A stretch of DNA of 60,617 nt, counting the filler, from Sphacelaria rigidula (Eukaryota), in assembly GCA_964200075.2 (NCBI GenBank). It is 9 parts of 9 records of this genome, joined end to end, with 100 filler letters (N's around TTAATTAATTAA, not from the genome) between each part and the next. Parts side by side here need not be neighbours in the genome. Positions count along the whole stretch, not along the records: positions 20,242 to 26,888 come from CAXNAA020018852.1; positions 26,989 to 33,634 come from CAXNAA020018853.1; positions 33,735 to 40,380 come from CAXNAA020018854.1; 6 more parts are not named here. The stretch is one strand, 5' to 3'. Under the pieces are notes generated by a model that was not told the origin of the DNA, did not search any database, and worked only from the letters and a program-made list of their open reading frames with translations. Both the position numbers and the translations under genes were made by a program. This document shows, in pieces, positions 26,360 through 39,700 of this stretch (position 1 is its first letter; the number at the start of each line of letters is the position of its first letter).

Positions 26360-26825
26360 TACTTCTCATGTATCAAAAATAAAACTTGTTGAAAAGTGCA
26401 TTTTTGGCCCTTCTCCGTCGTTTTTCGCCCAAAAAGACGGCCAGGCGCCTGATGACACCTTGGACAGACTTGCTCTACTCGCCGAGACGGTTCCTGAGCA
26501 CCTTTGCGTTTGCCGTAGGTCACGGTTTCGTTTTTGGCCAGACTTGCGTTTTCAATAACAACAGTCAAGTTACCAAAAAAATGACAGTTTCCCCCCTGTT
26601 TTCAAATAACTTCACTGTTTGTTATTGGAAATGCAAGTTTGGCCAAAAACGAAACCGTGACCTACAGCAAACGCAAAGGTGCTCAGGAACCGTCTCGGCG
26701 AGTAGAGCAAGTCATTCGAAGGTGTCAACAGCTGCCTAGTAGTCCTCTTTCCGGGGGAAAAACGACGGGGAAGGGCCAAAAATGCACTTTTCAATAAGTT
26801 CTATTTTTCGAAACATAAGAAGTAG
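26360..26825. mobile_element. Foldback element, ~210-bp inverted arms
   Basis: gacttgctctactcgccgagacggttcctgagcacctttgcgtttg pairs with caaacgcaaaggtgctcaggaaccgtctcggcgagtagagcaagtc. A related element lies at 41055-41490. Confidence 0.92.
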
Positions 26826-27045
26826 CCTAACTCGAAAAAACGGCGTGAGGAAATCCCGGGGAATGAATTTTGGGCGTTCAATCTGAACNNNNNNNNNNNN
26901 NNNNNNNNNNNNNNNNNNNNNNNNNNNNNNNNTTAATTAATTAANNNNNNNNNNNNNNNNNNNNNNNNNNNNNNNNNNNNNNNNNNNNGGGGAGTCGCCC
27001 TCATCGGAGTGAAAGTGACGGGGATCAAACCCCCACCACTAACTT

Positions 27046-27137
27046 TTGCGACGGTTTAAGAGACTACCAACTAGACTACTGACAAGTCAGCGCTGACTGA
27101 TCAGTAGTCCAGTTGGTTGTCTCTTAAACCGTCACAA
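27046..27137. mobile_element. Near-perfect ~90-bp palindromic MITE
   Basis: gacggtttaagagactaccaactagactactga..agtcAGCGCTgact..tcagtagtccagttggttgtctcttaaaccgtc, with no loop. Confidence 0.9.
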
Positions 27138-28167
27138 CGCTTCAATCATATTTCGAGATGGTAGGCGAGATATATTGTTCGCATCTGTCTAAAGTACAGA
27201 AAAATGGAAGATAATCTCCGACCTGTGGAGTCAGCAGTACGTACACTCGGTCGGTATGACGTTATTGACGCTCAGTCTCGAGTCTCAGCTCACGTTGATG
27301 TCTTGCCTTCGTGGAACAATAGCTACCGTTCTGTGGGGCGAGGAGAAGCGATTGCATCAGTATATGTCATTGCTAAACCAACCACATGGTAGCCGAGGAC
27401 GACGGAAATAAATTCTACTTGTATATATCCATCCCCGCACTTTCTTATTCCGTTGGCTATCGTGAGTCTGAAATCCACTCTTGAAAGAGGTGACGGAATG
27501 ACATGCATATCGAGCCTGGGTCGAATTATTGCGTGGTGTGCTGATTGTTTCGACGTAAGGGACAGCCCGCACAACCTGTGAACAACCGCCATTGCATCAG
27601 GCATCTCGCGCACTCACCCCAGGTAATACAAGTGGGTAGACCGTGAATCGTTCTCGTCTCCCACCTTGTCATAAGTATGCATAGTGCGTTTCCCTGGAGC
27701 CCAGAATAGCTATGAAGGAGCGATCACAAGCATTGGTGGTGGAACACTACACGACACGGATGATACTTTGGTGTCGTCTCGAGAGCGTACTCATATGCTC
27801 CACATTCACCATCATTCCCACCGCTGCCGATGCCGCGACACGGGTGTGTTCGCACACGGGCCGAGCCTGAGCACGGGTCGAAGGGAGAATAGCGAATATT
27901 CCATGTGGCCACTTGCGCTGCCATCATCTCGCCTCAGAGCGTATGCTTTGGTGGCTTTGTCTGACTCGCGCGATCGTGAAAGACGTACCACATGAAAACG
28001 AGGTCATGTTTGCACTTCCGTATGTTCATCCACCGATGGCGTACTGACACACAGCCTACGTGCAGCCTATTGCTTACGTTTCTCCTCATGCTGCGATCGT
28101 TAGTGCTACAACTAACGCAGCTATTTCCTGTATAAGATACACTAGTGGTTGCTCTTGATGCCGCCAC

Positions 28168-31100
28168 CTACATCTCCGCCAACCGTTTGTAAACCTTGTC
28201 GCTATCTAGTAGCCCCATGCGTGTCGTGAACATGGCTTGGATGCGCCCCGCCGGAAACCGCAGCGGATTTCGTTTGTTCGCAGCAGTATGCCACTCTGCA
28301 CGCACCTGTGCTGATTTGTCGGAGGCGTCATCGACGAGCGGGGGTGACAAGCCGATTAGGCCGCAACGGGCAAGAGCGTCTACAAATTGTGAGAAACTAA
28401 GCCCTGTTCCTCGAGGTGCCAATGATGCCGGAGTTTCCGAGCTCGTAACCCAGTCTTCCAAGTCCTGAGACGCGTTTAAAAGAGAGATTGGAGGGGCGGG
28501 CAGAAGGTAAGCGCTGAGGCGAAACTATGTGAGTGTACTTGCAAGATATTTATTCCGAGCATTTTTGTCGAGCGCGCTACCTCTCGATGGAGATCGTATA
28601 TTTTTTTGCGGCAATAGCGGCCAATGTCTACTTTGGGAATAATGCGGCCGCTCGTACACACCGATAAACCTGCCTTCCAGTACTCTTCCTCCTCATCATG
28701 ACGTCGACGTCCGTCCACATCCTCGCTACAACGCTCCACCGCCGCCATCGTGGCAGCACTGGTATGATCGGGGAATGAGGCCACCACCGAACCATGAGTA
28801 CATGCGCAAAGGAAGGCTACCATAATTTGGACCTCGGTCAGCCAAACGTCCTCCGCTGTCACTATTGCTAGTGCCGCCAGTTCGCCTTCTTGAGGACGAT
28901 GTATACTTGTGTCTGTTGGAGCACGGCGCGCATCCTGGTGGTGATGAGTTAACGGGACTTTGTTGACACCGCGATTTGAAATTTCGTTGCTACCGGAGTC
29001 GCTTTTGGCAATGGCGAAGTGGTGGCACACCGCTTCGAACCCCGCCCAGGAAAGCAGCGGACCGCGTGCACGGTATCGGCGGAAATTAACGGGTGGAAGT
29101 CGGCTGCATGCTGCGTTGTCACATTCATTCCCGCCGCCATCGTCAGCGCTGAAGGGATATGCCGTCGAAACAGTGTACCGCTCCACGAAGGCTGTGAAAA
29201 TCTGTACTGGGTAGCAACGATGATAGACGTGGTACATCTAGCAGAGGTTGTTCAAACGCTACACGTGCACTACAGGGTCTGGACGAGGAAGTAATTCCTG
29301 TAGTGAGTGATGCCCCGATAGCCCCCCTTAAATGAAATTACTGGTTTGAGAACGCAACATCCACATATGAATCGAAATGACAATAGACCAGCACATGGAG
29401 AAGCTGGGGACTCCATCACTCGGGACGTTTTCGTCGATGTCGCCCACATAAGGCGCTTCAGATATCAAGCGCTGTATGGCCATTTTCTTCGTGACAGATT
29501 TGAGGCTGGTTTGGGGGTGGGCTATCGCGGCTTCACTTCAGTGCAAAAGAGTCCGACGTCGTCAAGACTGTCTACAAAACTTACCAGACTCAACGATCCA
29601 CACGCTAAATGTAACAATTATCAGGGCAAACAACTCTAGTGATGATGTGCTTTGCTCTGCTCAGCGCCTACCGCCGCGATGCCGGTCAGGCGTATTGCGA
29701 GATGTGCAACGCAGACACGACGTTCTTCTGATGTTTCCTCGACTTCAGAACACCCCACTAAAAACAATTGATACCACCCTTGAGAAACTGCAGAGGGAAT
29801 TTCCTTACAGTCCTCGATTCGGTCTACTGTGTGTTCGATCCACGCGCGACGTCACCCATGGACACGAAATCATCCCTTGGTGGAGGGAATTTTGAACATA
29901 CATGACGTCATCACAAGGGGAAGGTGATTGCTCCGCCCGAGGTTTCGTAGGCCTGCAGAAAAAAACTCGGGAATGTATTGATGGTCGACATTATGTCTTG
30001 ACCAATCAGAAAACTGCGGATATCTTCTTTGTCACTTAGGTCATGTCGGCCGCCAGTGAATTTCTGAGAAGTTTCTTCGAGAAGTACAGTACAAAGTCTC
30101 GCACCGAGCAATCATATTCTATCTGGGCGACGTCATACATGGCCAAACGTTTCCCTCCACCTGAAAAATGATGTCTTGGCCAGGGATTACATGGCGGATT
30201 AATCGAGGATTTTCCGACCAATTAAACCTTACCCACATTTCGTAACCACCGATGAGAAACTGTGGGCACCTCTCCCCTCCACCTGTGTTCAACTCTGTAT
30301 ATCGTAAGATGAACGCTACCACGGGAGGATCCTCAAAATAAATCTCTCACCGTCTCTAACGCCAAACGTACAGTATTCGCCGCCACCATCGTTTCAAGTA
30401 GGACCTTCGCCACCCCATCCATGCAAGCACGGGCGTGACGCACTTGAGCAGATATACTGAGCGATCCGACACCCCCACCCCTGTGTGAACTGGCATCCCC
30501 GCTGCCTCTGGCTTCCTGATTTAGGCGTAAGAACCCCCATCCCTCCTTGATGTCCTGTATTTCATTGACGGTATCGGGTCCCCCCTGTCCTTGCTGTTGG
30601 TATCCATGGCCCGGCCCAGCGCTCCTTGTATCTATCAAAGCCAAGTGGTCTCGCAAAAGTTCGGTCATATACAGTCCACTTTGCTGCAAGCGGGCCGGAT
30701 GCTCAGATGCGGTCTTGAAGGTCGGGTATGCAGCTTCCCACGCCTCGACAGGACGATCAAGGAGGTGTAATAGTACGGAGGATATTCTCCACGCTAGCTC
30801 GAGACGTAACGGATGGAGTTCGTGCAAACTCGGATGACCCTCCGGACCCTTACCAAGGCTAGTTTCGCCGTGATGTGTATCGCCGGGTTTGAGGTCATCA
30901 TAATCAAAGTCAGTATGTGATCCCCGGGTCACACCGGAAGCGGCCTGTCTGGCAGACAGGTATGCGGTGAGAGCCTGTGATGCAAGGTTTTGAACCTCGC
31001 TATTATTAATAGCACCTGGTAATATCGATTTCCCGCTATTTTGTCGGAGATGTGCTCTCTCGGCCACGTGTAGAAGCTGGTCTCCTTTGAGTTTCAAATA

Positions 31101-31487
31101 ACTTACCCTTCCTTGGACAGAGAGGATCCCATCACTTTCTCCGACGCGACTGTAGTTATTGGATGAGGTGCCGATTCTGTTTCGGGTGCCTTCTTGTTGT
31201 TCCACTCTTCCTCGTAGTTTCTGGTCGAACGCCAGGCGTCGCTCTATAAGTGTCTTGATTTTGGCGAACAAATCGCTTTGCCGGTCATTACTCGCGTCCA
31301 TCATTGCCACTTTCTGGGCACCGTACCTGGGGATCTTATCGTAATGGCCCCGTTGGAATCCCACATCATTCAACGAGAGCTCTTCATATAACAGTAGATG
31401 CGTCAAACCTCTGTTCAGTAGCGTGTGAGGTAGTTTCCCAGTCAAGTGTGCACTGTGGAGGCAGCGCGCTCGCCAGAGATCAACCAC
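28168..31487 (-). CDS. Multi-exon gene: divergent 14-3-3-like domain plus EF-hand-like C-terminal segments
   Basis: Exon ~31487-30351 contains YLKLKGD, ALTAY, LHPLRLELA and ELLRDHL (14-3-3 has YLKMKGD, SL.AY, THPIRLGLA, QLLRDNL). Downstream ORFs 29237-28476 (LSWAGFEAV) and 28461-28168 (LSFSQFVDALARCG). Exon boundaries are only partly resolved. Confidence 0.7.
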
Positions 31488-32532
31488 CTGATGAAGAAGC
31501 CTTGCTTAGCGGCGGAATGGATGCCGCTTGCCCAACCGGAACATCTTATTGGGCCGCATTTTGCACCAGTTCGGCGCAAAGGGTATGACATTCTAGCCGC
31601 TATGTAGGCTTTTACTTATCATGCTAGCACGGTTTTACGTGATAGCGACCCCACATTATTTTCAAGATAAACGAATTCTTAAAAAAACTTTTTGCCTATG
31701 AAACACTCGTAATTATTAATCGATGTGGTGAGGTTCTTCGTCAGGTCGAGCAGGAAGCTTCTGGTGGACAAATTGCCAAAACAAGAAAGACACATCATTG
31801 GTTTCTCGAGGAATGGGGATCGCGACCGAAAAGCTGAAGGAAGAGATCGTTTTTGTTATGCTGTTGTAGTACCAATTCACGGCACACCGCCCAGGCACTG
31901 ATGGGAAGTGCCTATTGTATTTCCTTGCACCACGTGACACTTCCAGAGATGTGGGACCCTACTGTCATGCTTCACTTGATCCTTACACCGCGATAGTAGT
32001 CCATCTGGGCCATGCACACTATTTTCACCTGAAATTGATGCCGATTCAACATAATATGACCTGCCCTCGCCGTCCAAGGGTTAAAACAGGAGTGAAAGAT
32101 GGTGCCAGAAGATGGAAAGTCTCGCTGTCGTAAGTGTGCCGCTTTCGAATATTGAAATAATTACTCGCTTCTCCTACCGATACAACCTACGGAGAGAAGA
32201 GCACGCGGATAAACGCATTCCCGTCCCTCCTCATGCGCCGATAAGTCGTTCGCTGAGAAAGCTATATACGATACAGCTCGAGGAGAAGAGTAACTGCAAT
32301 AAATCGGCGCGGATTCGGTGTGTTGAACGGAGCGAAACGAGCTGTCACAAGAGTCAAAGAGCGACATAATAATACAGAAAAAACCCAGGCACGTAATGGT
32401 GCACTGCTGCTCGATTACAGCCGTCCTCGAAGTCAAAAATCTGCGTCAACGATCATGCCACCCTATCTTCGTCGATCACTACAGTACGAGCCTAGACGCG
32501 GATTTGAAGTTTGCATGCCCATGCGCCCGCCC

Positions 32533-32768
32533 CATATTTAAAGTCGTTGGAGCGTAAAATTTGGTATGGACAACGCATAGGGCATGAAAAAAATTATGTC
32601 GGTACCGAAAGTTTGTTTTTTCATGAGTTGAGGGCAATAACCAGTTTTCAGTTATCAGTAAAATTCCCTCAACCCATGAGATTCTTTTTTTTTCGGTGCC
32701 GACGTAATATATTTTTGTATGCCCTATGCATGGTCGATACCAAATTTTACGCTCCAACTCTTAATATT
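32533..32768. mobile_element. Foldback MITE
   Basis: gttggagcgtaaaatttggtat...tgtcggtaccgaaa pairs with tttcggtgccgacg...ataccaaattttacgctccaac. Confidence 0.85.
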
Positions 32769-32781
32769 GGTCGGCGCATTC

Positions 32782-33036
32782 GAGTCATCCTACGATAGGG
32801 GGGGGGGGGGTATTTGGTTACACGAAAAAAGAGGCTCATAGGTGTGTCAGACGACCTGCCACACTTGTGTTGCGCTTGTATTTGGTTTCAAACGGTGTCA
32901 GCCAGTATGGATGAGCGATATTAATCCACAACAAGCTCGTTCGAACAATCGTTGCTGCTTTCAACGACGTTTTGCCTCGGAATTTCGTGCAAGAAGTGGC
33001 CCAAAATACCTTTCCCCCCCTATCGTATGATGACTC
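32782..33036. mobile_element. MITE GAG…CTC with apparent 4-bp TSD ATTC
   Basis: attc-GAGTCATCCTACGATAGGGG ... CCCCTATCGTATGATGACTC-attc. Confidence 0.85.
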
Positions 33037-35477
33037 ATTCGCCTTTTAAAAACCGGGTCGGTATGAATTCGGAACAGTATTTCGAAGGCCACTCAACGGC
33101 CCACATTTGGTTTTTGTGTATCGATATTTTGTGTGGGTCCTCGCTAGGGCATAATTAACAAAACTCAGTGAGTCAGTCTTTTTTTCGCTGGTTTAGCGCG
33201 TTCTAGTGCGATAAAGATTTGTTTTTTACGAGAATGCCCTAACCTCTCTATAAAAAGAATTGAACACCCTTTTTTTTCATTGGGCACACCTTCGCGGTTC
33301 TCCGTGCGAAGTTTCAAATCACACTTCTAAAAATTGAGCTAAAAATTGAGATGAGGCCTAAGAGTAATTACTATTTCTCCTCAAAACTCCACTAAAAACA
33401 CGAAAATAATGGGGGGAAAAATGAAATTACAAAAAAAAGACGAAAAGCTATTTTGTTCATTTCATTAAGCACTAGCGGTTCTCCATACTTTATCCAGATT
33501 TAGGGCATCTAGTCTCTGCTCGTATATTGGTTTTAGTCTGGAAACTTACGTGCGCCATATCTCGAGATATATAACAGCCGATTTTCGAAAATGGGGTTGA
33601 AAAAAATAATGAGGTTCAACTCAAAAGCCGTGCTNNNNNNNNNNNNNNNNNNNNNNNNNNNNNNNNNNNNNNNNNNNNTTAATTAATTAANNNNNNNNNN
33701 NNNNNNNNNNNNNNNNNNNNNNNNNNNNNNNNNNCCCCCCTTCCGCGCAAACATGCGGCGGCATTTTCTCTTGAGGCGGTGGCGCTTTTGCTTTGTCAAT
33801 CATCGTAGAACTTTGTCGGCTGTTCGCCAAGACGTTTGTGGGTTTTCTGCCATCGAGGGGAATATAACCCAGCGGCGCAGTGACCGTTGCTGTGGTGTAC
33901 ACCTGTCCCACAACCCCGCACCTGATACACAAGCACCCATCAAATTATGATCCCTATGTCATAGGATAGACATTCAGAATTCGAGACCTAGTCATTGATC
34001 AACTAAGTACGACATTTTTGCCTCCGGGAAAATCGGTTCGAAATTTAATGAGACACGATGGTTTCTGTCAGACGCGTGCCATGTAGCACACCCACAAACT
34101 GCGAAGGGCTCCATCATCAGCAATTTTTGTGACACATGCACGGCCGACCCCGTTCCAAACCCGCCGGGGTTACCGTGAAACTGTGTGTAGATAAGTAAGA
34201 GCTAGCGCTAGGCGTGAGGCTCCTCTGCTGTGGGTGTCTACGCATGTTTGTTCCAGCTCGGTGTTTGAGCCACGGCCGTTGAGATTACCGGACCTGTTTC
34301 TGACTGTGTCCGGTGCGGAAAGCAGCACCACTGCTCCAAGAAAGCCTGTGTTGTGTTTCCTCCGTAGGACCCGAAGTAATCGTTGTGGGTAAGCAGCATC
34401 CCTTGCTCGCTCCTTTTTTGGCTTCTTTGATTGTGTCGATAAGACATACAGTAAGACACGGCATGATGAATCGACGCTTTAGACGGCCGTTCATATGTCG
34501 AAAGAAACAGGATCCTTCGAACGAGTAAAAGTGAAGGGTGTTGCGCTGCGTAATTGGATCTCCCCCAACTCCTCCAAAAGTTACTTTGAGCAAATGCTTA
34601 ACTTCTTCGCTTGTCTTCTCGCCGCCCCATGGTCCACAATCACTTCAGTAGTACGAGTATACCCCCACGATTATTATATGTGCTTCTACTACTCCTACAA
34701 CCGGTTTGTACATCGCGTGGCGTCAATCACTCAGCAAAGGTTTCGTTTGTTAGGGTGAAAATCAATGACGGCGAGGCCCAGAGTTTCCAGGCCGTAGATA
34801 GAGGTAAAAAGAAGCGTTGGAGATATTCTTCAGCTGTTCAACTTTGGGTCGTGCGATGTCGGTCAAATGTGGGGTATACTTTGAACACAATTGAGGCCAA
34901 AACACGGTAAGATGAACTGCAAGATGAACATCGTAGTTTATGCTGGATGTACCTATCCCTTTTTCGAACAATGGAGGGTATTCTGCGAGGTCCTTGTACC
35001 CCGCGATGTTGTTTGGCCCTAAATCGCGATACTTCCCCCCAAAATTTGGTGTATATGCTCTGCATGGGCTGTCTACGCCTTGCGTTTCCGGCCGAATTGA
35101 TATTTGAGCGATTTGGGCCTAGCACGGACAGCTCTAAGTTGTGCCTACCTCTACCCACTTTCAGGCTGAAACAGGGAATAATGATGTACCCACTTTGTCT
35201 ATTGCCCACCAATATATATATTAGGCCATAACTTATCATGTGGTGAGATTGATTTCTCTTGTTTCGTTCTGGACTTTCCAGGTTCGGGTGATTTGCCGTC
35301 GTTTTTCACCTGGCCTCAAGATCAGGATATGTCGCCGTCCTCTCGCGTAAACTATACTCTATACTTTCGTATCGGTCATTATCCAGCTACCGGAACTCGT
35401 TGATCCGTGGGCATTACCGTCACTCGCCACCCGGATTCGTCTCTCGTTCCTTTGTGTCTGGAACTGCTTCGCTCCAG

Positions 35478-35657
35478 GTTGTGGCGGCGGCGTTGGGTCG
35501 GAGAGTGCGACCACGCATACCATCCGGTTGTCCACAGACTTTGTCGCAGCTGATGCAGATATGTTGGGCGCACGACCCAGATCAACGGCCATGTTTTGAC
35601 AACCTTGTCCCGTGGCTGGAGGGCATTTCAATGAGCGAGAATGATGCAGCAAAATGA
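35478..35657 (+). CDS. Terminal exon of a TKL/Raf-like protein kinase (subdomains X-XI)
   Basis: ccag|VVAAALGRRVRPRIPSGCPQTLSQLMQICWAHDPDQRPCFDNLV...* contains the RP.IP..CP..L..LM..CW..DP..RP.F signature. Confidence 0.85.
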   Translation, partial: VVAAALGRRVRPRIPSGCPQTLSQLMQICWAHDPDQRPCFDNLVPWLEGISMSENDAAK

Positions 35658-36784
35658 AGATAAAAATAGTATGGTAGCATACAGTAGATATATTGGGGAC
35701 AGGTTGCGTGGTTTCTTGTCACTGTATGTGCGTGTTGGATTTGGCGAGGGGTGGGGGAAGGGGTGCGTGTACTGTTTGAAACTTTGGGACTCTTTACATG
35801 TATCCGCTCCTTTGTTGATTTATTTATTCGCACGTTTCTTTGTTTTGCTCCTTTGTTCGATCCACTTCTCTTCAAGAGTCCTTCTGTTTGGTGTGAAGGT
35901 TAGTTAGAAGGCGCACGCGCAGGGACGGGGGGTGTATTCATGATCTTGCGTACCGTAGGTTCGAGATGTTGGCTCCGCATCCCTACAAAGCCGGGAGGGA
36001 GCACGCCGACGTTTCGCCGAACAAGGCTCGCAATAACCAGCCGCGAGCAGGGGGTGTTCGTTATTGGGTGTATATGGCTTCAAAATGCCACAGTAGGACA
36101 ACAGGTGAAGAACAAAATATATTTCGTGGTGGATTGGTTCAATAGACATGCACATCATTTCACTCCATGTAACCTTCGCGCTTCCTACATCTGAGCAGCT
36201 TCTGGCGGGGCTTGTCCCCCAAGCTATGCATCGTGCGCCGTGTCTATATTGACAAATTGCCTATATCATGTGGAATATCTCAACATGGGGCGGGGGGGAG
36301 GGGGGGCGTACTCATTTGTTACTTGCCTTAGTCATTTGACCATTGACCACGCATCCCTTTCGAGACGAAGCGCGGTTTCTATTCCTAATAGAGACATGTC
36401 CAACATTTCAGCGCTCATCGCGGTTTTCCGTACATTACACAGACAGTTTTACATATACCCTAGGTTGAGTACGCCAGGGTGCTGACCTGTCTGTGTGCGC
36501 GAGGTACGCTTTTCGCGCCTCCGGTTGTTGATGTTGGTGGAGTTGTTGCCGTATTTGACTTGATGTAGCTGGGGCACCCACTCATGTTGAGGAAAGAAAA
36601 TGGTGTGGTAAAGATGCTGGTGGGTAATATTGAAGAATTGGGGTGTTGATGAGTTGTGATGTAGTGTGCAGAAGGTTGATCATCCAGATATCGCTGTGAT
36701 GTTAACGACTGTAGGTCGAACATGGGATTGGAGCTCGAAGATTTTCACTTCAGGTGGATATTTCGCCCCAAAGACACTTGTTAT

Positions 36785-39700
36785 TTATTTTCCAAATCCC
36801 GTTACTGCCCTCCGTAGCCTTTGGTGTGTTGTTCTTTTGCAGTATTTCGTAAGGATATCGGAGAGTTGGTCCTCATCCTTGACTTGATTGATTATTAGCT
36901 GGTCGTTATGTATCAAGTCCTCCAAGCTGTTGAAGCGTATGGCGAGGTGCTTGCTACTGGTGCTGCAGTTCGCACTGAACGAGAGGTGAAGGGCTCCTTG
37001 GGAATCGGAGAAAATGGTTGGAGACTGGATTGACGGCCACCTGAGCTCTCGCAGGAGATGATAAGGGTAGGTACTGAACTTTCCTCCCCTCGGCAGGGCT
37101 ATAAGCTCGGCCTCGGTTGTTGAGGTGGCTGTAATCCGTTGCAGACTTGAAGAAAAAATGATTAGTCCATTTTACCAGGAAGAACATTGTACCTTTAGTA
37201 GATCTCATCTTGCCTTTAGTCCCTGAATTTCCGTAGGATGAATCGCAGAAGCATTTCTCAAGTCCAGGTTGTTTCTGGAGAGGCTGCAGATGATGGGCAT
37301 ATCTGGCGTACCTTTCAAATAGCGAAAAGATAGGCTTTACAGCTGTCAGGTGTTGGGTAGTGAGTTTGCTCATATAGTGCGCAACCTGAGCGACACTAAA
37401 AGATATGTAGAATCTTGTACATTGAGATAGGAAGATCAAGCTGCAGACCATGGCTTGATGCTGTGTAGTTGTTTGTTGATTCAAACGAAATCTGGTTGTC
37501 GGTGATGCCAGTTGTGTGCATTGCGTTGCACGATTCCGTGTTGAATTTTCGGAGTAGTGAGATGACGTATTTGTGCTGGGAGAGTTGTTAGATTCCTCGC
37601 TTGTATCTGTGATAACCTCCATAACAAGGCTGAGGGAGACCGGTTCAAGCTCCGATATAAAACACTTCATCCGCAGAGTGTCTCGAACCTTTTGTAGAAG
37701 CTTGATGGAGGGTCCGGTTAGTATGATGTCGTCGACAAACAGTGTCAGCATGATATACTCGTGCTGTTCTCCTCTAGTTTAGACGAAGGGGTCGGTCGCA
37801 GTGGCTGAAGTCAATTCTCCTCAACTCAGCGTCGATGGTGAAAATTCCACACGATGGAAATCTCTGTCGAAGGCCGCCAAGAGCGCGGCGAAGCCGCATC
37901 ACATGTGGTTGTCCGGTAGCATGGTCTAACGTTTCGAAGCCCGGTGGCTGCTTGCAGACTTCAGGCTCCTGTAGCTTCCCATTTTAAAAAGATTGTTTGG
38001 ACGTCAAGCGCAATTATCGGCCAGGTTTGGCGGCCGCTATTGCCAGAAGAATTCCTTGACTTCCGAGCCTGCAAACCGGTGCAAAAGTACGCCCGCAATC
38101 AATTCCGTATCGTTGCGCCCATCCTTGTACTATGAGCTGAGCTTTGAACCTTCCGTCAGCTTAAATCTTGAAAACCCATCCCGCTCCGATGACATTGTTG
38201 TTAGGTGGAACCTCTCCGGCTGGGATTATATCAGCCACGCGATGGTTTTTTTTTTATGTTTTGCAGCTCGTCCATCATGGCTACTTTCCACTTTAATGCA
38301 AACGGTGAGGAAGATGCTCGTTTATTGTAATTAGGAACTGGGATGGATGCAGGTGGCACGGCGCTTTCATTGCCAACCGTTCCGATATACTGCAGAACGG
38401 TTTCTAAGGCCATAGGTGGATGTTGTGAAGTTCTGCTAACGGGGTCAGCTTGTGCAGTCCACGGGATTGGTGATGGTTAGTTGGAGAGGGTGGACTGTGA
38501 TCCACGTTGCCAGCAGAACGTAGTCGCATTGGATGAGTAAAAGTAGTTGAGCTGGTGTCGGAGCTTTCCAGCTGCGCTATACCGTCGAAGATGTTGTCCT
38601 TGAAGTCCAAACTATTGCGCTGAATTATTTGTTCTTGGCATCGCTGGGCATCAGTTTGCCACTCGTTAGTTGAAGCTCCGACCGCTTGTTCGATGACGGT
38701 GACATTCCGGGAGCTAGATATATTCCCCGAGTAGCAGTCGTAAATACGGTAAAATGAGATATCGGAATCATAGCCTACAAACACTCCTTCCCGCGCTTTT
38801 TCTAGTTTACTCTGATGACGCTCCTTATGCACGAACGCCCTCGAACCGATGGTGCGAAGGAATGATAGCTTCGTATGACTTCCGAACATCCGGTAGTAGG
38901 GTGTTTTTCCGTTGATGTTTCTATGCGGTAGACGATTTATTAAGAATACTACAGTGGCAGCAATCTCCCCCCGAAGGTATTTGGGTAAACTCGCTTCATT
39001 TCAAAGACAGCGAGTGACGTTCAAAATAGTTCTACCCTCGCGTTCAGACATGCCGCTCTGCTGTGGTGTACAAGGCGCAGTAAATTCTTCGAGGATTCCA
39101 GTTGTTTTGCAGTACCGACGGAAGTGGTCCGCGATGTATTCACCCCCACGGTTCGACCGGAGGCGATATACTCGAAGTCCGAAGGGGATTGCCGCGCCTT
39201 GGATGTACTTGCAAAGTGTAGAAAACACCTCGTTTTTGTGTTGATGAAGTGTACAACTCTTAGTCGGCTGCGGTGGTTGGTAAATTTGGCCATGTACGTG
39301 TATTCTCCTAGTGCAGTTGGTGCGACGGGACCCGTCAGGTCAGTAGTTACCAGTTGCAGACGCTCTTTGACGAATGTAGAGTCGCAAGCCTTGGAGTGAT
39401 ACCGCTGGGGGCTTTTATTCGTGGAGCAGGTGTCACAAGAAAGAATTGAACGCACAAACTTTATACCTGATTCAGGAATATTCATGACACCACACATGTC
39501 TGGTTTAGCAGGGTGACCCAGTCGTCTATGCCAAACTTCGGCACCCATCGTAGTTGAAAGAGCTGAAGGGTCTTCGGCGGTAGCTGTGAATGCTGTCTCC
39601 ATGCCCGTACGTTCCCCGAAAACCACCTCAGCCGCGAGTGCTGACCCGGAGCTTGTGTTTAATATTTTTGAATCCCGAGCGATCTTCATGTCAATGATGT

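Noticed and set aside
33735..35477. Upstream exons of the TKL kinase
   Set aside because: No convincing HRD, DFG or DVYS motifs were found; the GPEVIV segment near 34370 is too weak.
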